Below are positions 49,851-59,746 of a stretch of 64,000 bases of DNA, piece by piece. Every line of letters begins with the position of its first letter. Within the stretch, counting starts at the first letter, position 1. The notes beneath the pieces were generated by a model that was given only the letters and a program-made list of their open reading frames with translations, was not told where the DNA came from and made no database searches. A program made the translations under genes and the position numbers. Origin of the DNA: Macrostomum lignano (Eukaryota); the NCBI GenBank assembly GCA_002269645.1, contig NIVC01003081.1, forward strand, positions 123,710-187,709, read 5' to 3'.

Positions 49851-50806
49851 CGAGTCTGTTGTACCAATACCAACTCTTGTAGAACCTCGTGCTTGTCCCA
49901 GCTTATAAAAGCTAGATTATTCTTAAAATTGTTTTGAAATATTTTAGTGAGTAGAAGAAATGGCGCTTTACAATTTGATTTTATGTTGAAAAAACGCAAT
50001 TTTTTTAACGAAATATTTTAAACTACCGTTTAAGAGTGTCATTTATTTTCTTATACCGAATTATTTATTTATTTGTTTTTCATAATTATTTGTTCAATCA
50101 CTCTAAAATATACGCTCTTATATAAACAATTATTTATCCATAATAACTGAGCCAACTGAGCATATTTACTAAAAACAACAAACAGAGAAGGTCATCTTTT
50201 TGTCAAGGCTCTCTTTGTCTTTGCAACCGTCTTTCTTATACTTCCAAGCAGTAGAGTTCATCTATGAGCGTAATTATCACAATGTACACAAGTCTGGCGT
50301 AACTCTGTATTGCGTAATTTTCATACGCAAGCAATCTCACGTGACTATCTAATGTAAGATACAATGTTTTCATGGAGTACGTCTCTCGGGTTTTAATGGA
50401 AAACTAAAACTCAATACAAATAAAGTAAGACCGGTATCTAGCCTCGCCAAGACTTTGAGCAAACTGATTTTAACCGCAAGAGCAAGCCTTCTCGTAGAGT
50501 CCCATTGTCAGATGCATATTTTGAAACGATCTTTGTAAAATGGGTGCTAGTCTTAGAATTGCCTGACAGTCCGTGTTTGATTGAGGTCTGCTATCGACAC
50601 TACTGGCGAGGTAAGGCCGTCCCTCGATCATCTATTTTTTATCGGCAAAAACTCGCATGCAAAAGACTCGTGTGAAAAATCTAGTTTGAGCAGAAATCGC
50701 CATTCTGTCAAATTTTGTTTGAACGAAGTCGCTCTCTGTACTCAGACTTTATTCAGAACAATTCCGAATGATGTAGCAACAGAGGCAATTGTCTGACTCA
50801 AAGTGT

Positions 50807-51921
50807 TCCAAACTCGAGCAATGGACTGACGGTGACTGCGACTTTTACAAGTACACCGATGTGCTGTGCGGAGACTGCGGTGAGCGGCTCAGCGGCTGCT
50901 GTCTTGACAGCTCTGCGTCTCTCCAATGAAATCATTTACTTTTTTAAACTGATTATGCATTTATCACTGCAGATTCTTCTGAGCCCCTGGTGAAACAGCT
51001 CAAGCTGAAGCTGTTCTACAAGTTCTCTCGGAGCGGTCTGAAGAATGAGGTCAACCCGAGACTGTCCTGTCTCAGGGCTCACGATGTGACAGTTGATGCA
51101 GCCGGTGCTCACTTTGCTGGCAACTCTGGTTCCTTTCTGAGTACTGAGACTCTCAAGTTGAACGAATTTCTCCAGCCAAAACCTTTTAAATTCTCGGCTT
51201 TTGTTAGTATCCGACACGCCTTCGAAACCGGGTAAGTGCTTTTCTCCCACTCCATTGTCTGTGGCTATGTGACGAGCTGTAAACAGTAACTATAAACTGT
51301 AAACGATCTATGATAATACCGGTATTTTCAGTAGGATTTTGTAATTTACAATGGTCACTTTCTATATCACCAGGCACGTACACTCTCTCGGTGCCTTGGT
51401 GTTCGTCAATATGAGTTTTTGGTACACAAGCCCCGAATACGAAGTAGAAGTAGAGCGGATTTACAGTTATCATTGGTTGCTCTTATACGCTCGTATTTTA
51501 TTACACACTGATTGAGGCGCAACTTTCGATGAACCGGTGCATTCTTTCTTGAACTCGAACTTGGAAAACCGAATTTCCTGGACTAATCGTCGATCATCGA
51601 TTACTGGACTAATCGGCCACTCGGCCGCAGTTTTGCCTACCGATGGGAGGCGAGCGACCATCACAGCTGGATATGCTTTAACGTGTCGCACCATCGCACT
51701 TTTATTCAAAAGGCTCAACTGCATCCGTGGACCATGTTCAAGCGATGACATCAGGAAATGATTTGTCCATGTACTCTCGTTTCTTCGAATGTCTAACTCT
51801 GGGCAAGGCTGGATCTGGTAGCCAGAACCTCAACGGCACCATGCACTGCTTCGGGTTCAGCGATAAAGCGCTGAGCCTGAGCGAGTTTCAGCATCTGGAT
51901 CAGCTCTGCACTGACTACTGA
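50807..51921 (+). pseudogene. PAN/Apple + LamG-like copy F, 5'-truncated; remnant exon to 50879, exon 50973-51231, exon ~51467-51921 with TGA at 51513 and a frameshift near 51680
   Basis: Homology starts abruptly inside the PAN tail, with no signal peptide; the stop falls at the conserved Cys position; the LPTDG and FECLTLG motifs lie in different frames. Confidence 0.75.
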
Positions 51922-53227
51922 CTCAGCAGTAGCTAAATCACAGATGAAGCACCACGGTTAACTCAAGTGAAACGAATCTTTTTTTTACATTTTAACATCC
52001 AACTACCATTAGAAATATTTCTTCGTAGTACTCAGGTAGAAGTTAATATCTCTGCTTTTTCTAAAAATTATTTTAACTATAATCTGTCGTTGCACTACGA
52101 CTATATTTTGTTAAACCATGCAGAGTCGATAATGCCTGCTTACACCCATTTTTCTTATCTAATTAAATATCTGAATCCATTTATTATGATTAAAACACTA
52201 AAATATTTTTTGTATATCAGCCAGGAAAAATTAACAATCAAAAGTACTATAAGCACTTGCACTCTCCTAGCAACCTTTCTAAAACCGCAATTTTAACTTG
52301 AGCAGCATGGGATATTTTAAATAATTAATTTTACCAATAAAAAGTTTACGATTTTGTTCAAATTAGATATGAATCTAAGCAATGAAACTGATTTTTCTAA
52401 CCGTCTCTCGGTCTCAAACCAGACGCTGCTGACGGTCGACGATAAGTCCATGGTGAGCAAGATTTTCAGAGGATGACCACCAGTTGAGGTTTGTCTACTG
52501 TGGAGGCTTGATCAACGAAACTATAGAGAAACTCGCAACAGGTTGTCCATAGTCACCTGGTGCCGCACCTGTTAAAGGTCCAGAAGCTCTACCTGGTTGA
52601 GGGCCAGTGACCAATAAAGTCAGAGCTGATGCAGGCTGCACATTCGGTCGACGTGATGATGAAGTTAGGAGGCTTGTCAAGGTATTTGACCTTCTGGCAG
52701 AATCGTTGAATATCTAGACGGTCCGAAGGGCTGGGGACTTGATTCTTGGTTGAGCAACAAGTTTGCGCATCAAAGAGTAGCGCGCGTGTTCTTAAATTTC
52801 GTGCTCTTGCGATACTCTGTTCCGACGCAGACAAAAAATTGTCATCATGAACCTCTCCTACCCCTTAATTGCCCGTAAAAATCTCTAGTCTGAAGCACAG
52901 GCTCAGGTTTCGTTTCTTGTTCAAGACTCACTTCATGGTACATGTAAGAATCAATCAATGTCAAAGTCACACTGAATACATGAATGCACATTAAAACTCA
53001 GTCAAGCACGTGACAAAAACAATTCAGACGAATAACTGGTGCACCCATTTAATCGTAAACGAAGCCTTTGAGATTCTCTTGGCTGACTGGACAACCAATA
53101 AAAGCAGGGCCAGCTAAATAAATAATTGCTAAATTCAAATCGATACAACCTATCTTGACTAAACTTATAAGCCACATGGTAATAATTTTTGTACTGGCAC
53201 AAACTGAGCTGGAAGCCACAAATTCAA

Positions 53228-54386
53228 ATGAGAGTGCTCTGCCTCCTGCTGCTCAGCTGCCTGCTGGCGGCGACTTCAAGCACCGAGGTGCTGCCGAAAT
53301 TCGCAGCGACAAAGACCCGACGCTGCCCCACCGCGGCCGCCTCTCCGCTGCCGCACCGCCTGGCCAGTAAGCTGCAGTGCGCCGCCGCCTGCTCCCGACT
53401 GCCCACCTGCAACGCATTCCACTTCGACATCACCACCCGTCTGTGTTACCATGGAGACGCGTGTTCCCAACTCGAGCAATGGACTGACGGCGACTGCGAC
53501 TCTTACAAGTACACCGATGTGCTGTGCGGAGACTGCGGTGAGCGGCTCGGTGGCTGCTGTCGTGACAGCTCTGCGTCTCTGCAATGAAATTTTTACTTTG
53601 TTTAAATTGATTATGCATTTATCACTGCAGAGTCTTCTGAGCCGCTGGTGAAACAGCTCAAGCTGAAGCTGTTCTACAAGTTCTCTCGGAGCGGTCTGAA
53701 GAATGAGGTCAACCCGAGACTGTCCTGTCTCAAGGCTCACGATGTGACTATTGATGCAGCTGGTGCCCACTTTGCTGGTGAAACAGGCTCCTACCTGAGC
53801 ACCGAGACTCCCGGGTTCTGGAACTTTCTATCGATGAACCAAGAATTCTCAGCGTTTACTAGAGTCAGACACCCTTTTGGCATTGGGTATTGCACTTTTT
53901 TTTCAAAGTACATGTTGCAATTCTGGTTTAGTTCATCCGTAAAATACAGTTACTTTACATAATCTTTATTTCAGCTATCAGTTCTACCACAGATTCCAGC
54001 AGTGCAACGGAAACACGGGAAACACTTTTGCTAAAAGCAACGACTACATCTACAACGGAGCTGTACTCAACAACAATGCCGTGCTGTTCTCATTGTCGCC
54101 ATCATTTCTACCCTCCGGTGGCATGCATAAAGAGATTTCTGTTGGTTTCACATTCAACAGAACTGCGCATCAGCAATTTTTCTTCAACGGCTCCATCGCT
54201 CCGGTTTTCTATACCTACTCAGAGGCGAACTCTTATTCGACAAGTCTGTTCGAGTGTCTTCGCCTGGGCCAATCGCTGGTTGATGCCAACTGCCTCAACG
54301 GCGTCATGCTCTGCTACGCATTCAGCGCAAAAGTGCTGAGCGCCAGCGAGTTTGAGCAGCTCCAGCAGCTCTGCGACTCCGATTGA
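53228..54386 (+). CDS. PAN/Apple + LamG-like secreted protein, copy G; exons 53228-53537, 53631-53886, 53975-54386 (~325 aa)
   Basis: Open frame across junctions (second donor GTATTG is weak); FYHRFQQC, FFFNG, FECLRLG, CLNGVMLCY. Confidence 0.8.
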
Positions 54387-57300
54387 ACAGCTGGAAAGCG
54401 AATACTTTGTTAGCGGAAATTAAATAGAAAGTCTGGAAACTGCGTGTAAAACTGACACTAACGTGTCGCGTTATTGAGAGAAAACAATTTAATTAAACCG
54501 CGGGTAATGCTGAGAAACAATGGCACGACAAAAACTGATTGTCGAATTCGTGACAAAAATTCAAATCTGACTTGGGAGAAATTTCTGAGAAAAGCACGAT
54601 TCTTGTTAAAATAAAGTTTTATTAAACATCTTCTTAAGCTTTGATACTCAGCAGTTGAGGCTTGATTAGGGACATCAGAGACTTCCGGGAGGGGGGTTAG
54701 CCTTCATAAGCTCGAAAACGACCTCCTCCAGACGGAATCGAACCCTCGGGGTCGTGGCGCAACTAGAAATGTGTTCACTAAAGACAATCTTTTTAAACAA
54801 ATACATGTACTTTCCTGATGGAATTACATTGGAGATATAATGGATGATACTGCACCCATTGTGACTGCATGAACCCATATGGATCAGCGTGGCACCATCT
54901 ATATTTGGCTACCAGAAAAAGTTTTGCAGACGCTACCCTTGGTGCTGTGGGCACGAAGGATATTAATATCCTGATTCAAAAGTACATTTATAAAGACAAA
55001 ACTACATATTTTATGGCTATTACGAGCTAGAGTAAGCTAAAGCAGTTTAGTCAAAATGACTTTCGCAGCACGAAAGTCAGTTGACCTACTATCAAAACTA
55101 CCAGATGGGCGAAGTCTGCAACCGTCGCGGCATCGTTGTAGTCTGAGCAGTAGGGACATTCAAACGAGCCGCACACCTTGCAGATATCGGCGCTATGAAG
55201 CGAATGCGCTCTGTAGTACCTACAAAGTTCCCGTTGTCTAAAACAATATTTAAGCGATAGAATTCTTAAAATGGCAAACACGAAAACAAAAAATTTGGAC
55301 GCTGTTCGGTTGGGTAGCTTTTAACGGCTTAGAATGAGTCGAATGGTTGAAATGACGCTTAATTAATAAAACAAATAAATTGTAAACAAATAAAAAATAA
55401 TATTAATTTACAGTTGTTGTTAAAATTTTCATGCAAAAAACTTAATGAGAATATTTTTGTTTGGATTGGTGATTAAAAACTCTATGCCGGTCTAACTATA
55501 AGCTACTCAGAATACGCGCCCCATGCGTAGGCACAAAAGCATGCATGCTACCATTTTCGAAATAGTCGTAGACTTGACAGTACTGTTCCACCGTGGCGTT
55601 TGCGACCGGATGCCATCTCGGATAGTTCAACGTAATGCAGGTTTTCTCCGTTGATGTAAACTGGAATCGGATGATATTAGAATATTAATTGTCGTTGTGA
55701 AATAGCCTATTGAACCTTTAGATGCTACTAACATAATGGACCACTAAAGTCTCGTAGAAAGAAAGCTACAATAGAAAATAGTGTGATAGTTAACCTCTAA
55801 GCACCCAAAGCACACTGAATTATTCTCAAAATTAGTCAGCATAAGACGAAAAAGTTGGTACGTGGTGAAAATCACGCAATTTACGAGTCCCTCCAAGAAT
55901 TACTCCTACTCTGACGCTCACATTAGTAAAAAACATGCTGACAGTCTGGCCGCTTTCCCAAATGTGCCGCAGGCCTCTAATTCGGGAGTTCTGCACAAGA
56001 TTGCGCAGGTCGTAGTTGGTCAGCTTGTAGCCGCTGGGCAGGGCGTAGGACAAGATGGCCATGCCGCTGGTCTCCGATTCTGCAGTCCAGGTCCATCTGG
56101 CAGTAAAAGTTTATCCAGGATTTCCGGCCAATGTTTAATAAACAGTCATATATAATAATAACAGACAATATTGAAAGTGTGACTAGTCTGGCATTGATGC
56201 TTTGTAATTTTTAATAAGGTTTTCAATTACAATGTCTGTACTTTCTCTATTTGTCGAGAAAGTGACGTCACTCACCGAGCACAAGTTGTCATAGTGAATA
56301 TGCTGGCATTCCGACCAGAGTAGGAGGGCAGGCAGGTCAAATCGAAGGTCTGCAAAGAGCCCTGCGGATGAATTGGATCCGCAGCGTTCTTGATCTGAAA
56401 GTCGTGCTCGGCACTCTTTTTAGTAAATAGTTGCAGCACCGCGCACCCGCTGCCGGACGCTCGCACGGTGACCTCGCCCCAGGTGTCGTCATTATCCAAG
56501 TTAAACACTCGCGGCAGGGTCAGGTTTTCACTGTCGAGTACGAATGTTTCAGCTTTAGCAATATTCGAGCTCGGCACAATGTCGATTTGCAGCTTATAGA
56601 CGGGACGGTTTAAATCCAGCGTGGCCATTTCGCGCAGCGCCTTCACTGCAAACACAGTGTCCTGCGTGGAGACCCAGCCGTTAGTCATGTTCTTAGTCTC
56701 TGTGATAAAGTTCAGCATCTCTGTTAGGTTAGCCTGAAGCTCTTGATCAGCATTCGGGATCGCGTCCTGATCAGAGCCATCAGGGCGAATGAGGTGCCTG
56801 GACAGCTGTGCCATCGTTGGGCCACTCAATCCTCGGCTTGATCACGATTTTTCCCGCTGAGTCAGGCTCTCGAATCAGAGGTCTCACGATGCTATTAGCC
56901 CAATAAAGATAATTGTCAGCTCGCACTGTGCTCATCAGCATCTCTCGAGCGATGAATTTTGACTGCAAAGTATCGTCGTCAAAGGTGAGGGCGTACGCCG
57001 TCATGGCCAGGCAGAGGGCGTAGCGGTTCATTATGGATAGGTGACGGCGCAGATAGTCGATGGCGGCATTGCTGACCTCCTCCGGCCAACTGGCTAAGCG
57101 GCTTGGGAGTATTCGGATGCTTTTTTGCCAGCACAGCTAGTGCGGTGATGGGCGTTCGCTCCAAGTAGATCTTCGTATCGTTGCTGAACAGTTTCTCAGT
57201 CATGTAGGGGCACATGTGCTTGATGTCCCACTTCGTCTTGTCATTGAACGATCCATATAGATCGCCAGTTCTAACCTGGGTTGCGTTTAAATACACCAAA

Positions 57301-58400
57301 TACCGCTGAAACACATCGAAACTGATGAACACCGTTTGGTCCCACTCGGAGAAGGCCGTCTCAGCCAAGGTGAACAGTCCGAATGCGGTCAGGAACGCGC
57401 TGGTCTCGCCCAAGAATCTCTCTGGAAAGTTGGAGACTCCGCCGCTGACTGGATCCATGTAGAAGGACAGTCGGGTGTACTGCGTGTTGATGTATTTCAG
57501 CGAAGCGGCTAACGTCGCCGGTTCCAACTGCTTTGTCATTCGCAAGTAGTGCAGCATCTGCACATTCCTGTTGATGTTGAAGAGGACGCTCTCGGCCGAG
57601 CCGACGGGCTTCCACGCCGAGCAGGAGGCGTCGCAAAATGGCTCGGCAGGGCCAAGTGTCGGCCCGACGATGTCGCCCGCCACCGTCAGCACCGCGGCCT
57701 TGGAGCGGGGCACGAACCGACGCCAGCGCTGATCCGGCTCGACAAACGACTGCTCGGGGATGAGGTAGAGATTCTGTGCCATCAGCTCCGAGTTGTCAAC
57801 CAGATCGAGCAGGATCGGCGTGCTGTACGAGTTAGAGATGCCGTTGATCTGAAACAAAAGTTGTTCATTGGATAAGGGAGCGTTAGAAATATGTTTATTG
57901 CACCTTTTAAACTGTGCCCTTCCTGTGTTATGTTTGGTACAAAAAGATAGAATAATAGCGCCAAGTCAATTAGAGAAGTCAACAGTGAGATGCTACTTTC
58001 ACAGTCTTCCCCGTTGAACACATTTGAAAGACCGACTTTGCAATCAGACGCTCTCTCTTTCTCCTGCAGTAGCCAGATTGTAAGCAACTCAGCTTTGTAC
58101 ACAATCTGGCCTGTTGCGGCTCTCAGATAGACCATAGTGTGAATGGTGGCGTTGGATTTTAGTGCGGGACTGTAACTGTTCACCTGGCCTTTCCAGCCAA
58201 CGGATACAAAATCGCAGTCAGTATTTTGCTTCATCTCGACTAGAACCTGAAATTTAGTCGTTTTATTATGCGCTCTACATAATCAAGCTACAAATATAGG
58301 TGTTCTTTCTGCTTCAGCTGCCATGACCTGTACAACCATGTAATCTACGCGACTAAGAAGTCGCTAGAAGTCGCTAAACGGCTTATGCAAACAGTATGTT

Positions 58401-59620
58401 ATTCAATAATAAATAATAACAATTGATTACATCTGCCTCAATGGCGCATCTGAAGGCTGCATACGGCTGTTCAGTCCAAGGACTGGGTCGCCACACACCC
58501 TCAATTACCCCAGCTAATGCCTGGTACCCATTTACAGCTGGGTGAACTGAAGCAATGCAAAGTTAAGTGTCTTGCTTAAGGACACAAATTGTTCAGAGTA
58601 AGATCGGGAATCGAACCCCAGACCTTTAAATCGAGAGTCCAACGCTCTGACCACTAGGCTACAACCACTAGGCTACAACAACCACTAGGCTACAACCACT
58701 AGGCTACAACAACCACTAAGCTACAACCAATAGGCTACAACCACTAGGCTACAACCAATTAATAGGCTACAACCATGCACTAGGCTACAACCACTAGGCT
58801 ACAACAACCAATAGGCTACAACCACTAGGCTACAACCACTAGGCTACAACAACCACTAGGCTACAACCACTAGGCTACAACCACTAGGCTACAACCACTA
58901 GGCTACAACAACCAATAGGCTACAACCACTAGGCTACAACTACTAGGCTACAACCACTAGGCTACAACCACTAGGCTACAACTACTAGGCTACAACCACT
59001 AGGCTACAACCACTAGGCTACAACAACCACTAGGCTACAACCACTAGGCTACAACCACTAGGCTACAACCACTAGGCTACAACCACTAGGCTACAACAAC
59101 CACTAGGCTACAACCACTAGGCTACAACCACTAGGCTACAACCACTAGGCTACAACCACTAGGCTACAACCACTAGGCTACAACAACCACTAGGCTACAA
59201 CCACTAGGCTACAACCACTAGGCTACAACCACTAGGCTACAACCACTAGGCTACAACCACTAGGCTACAACCACTAGGCTACAACCACTAGGCTACAACC
59301 ACTAGGCTACAACCACTAGGCTACAACCACTAGGCTACAACAACCACTAGGCTACAACCACTAGGCTACAACCACTAGGCTACAACAACCACTAGGCTAC
59401 AACCACTAGGCTACAACCACTAGGCTACAACCACTAGGCTACAACCACTAGGCTACAACCACTAGGCTACAACCACTAGGCTACAACAACCACTAGGCTA
59501 CAACCACTAGGCTACAACCACTAGGCTACAACCACTAGGCTACAACAACCACTAGGCTACAACCACTAGGCTACAACCACTAGGCTACAACAACCACTAG
59601 GCTTGAACCGTGGCGCAAGC
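58401..59620 (-). mobile_element. tRNA-derived CORE-like SINE whose A-box is tandemly expanded
   Basis: Minus strand: (GTAGCCTAGTGGTT)n, then GTAGCCTAGTGGTCAGAGCGTTGGACTC..GGTTCGATTCCCG (B box), TGTGTCCTTAAGCAAGACACTTAAC..CAGCTGTAAATGGGTACC (CORE/MIR-like), and an AT-rich (ATT)n-like tail near 58401-58420. Confidence 0.7.
58649..59603. repeat. 14/17-bp minisatellite (AACCACTAGGCTAC), roughly 60-65 copies
   Basis: Tandem array; the reverse complement GTAGCCTAGTGGTT equals the SINE's tRNA A-box segment. Confidence 0.95.
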
Positions 59621-59746
59621 AGTCTTATTCAATCAATCACCGTACTAATCGCGACAAACTCGGCTTAGCTATTCATACTGAAAGTATTAAAAAGTTTTCG
59701 ACTTGAATAAAACACGCACAAGCATTCCTAGAATCCTCGAGCCCGG

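Noticed and set aside
51513-51515. TGA at a conserved Cys position (selenocysteine?)
   Set aside because: One substitution from TGC/TGT in a copy that is also 5'-truncated and frameshifted; no SECIS evidence.
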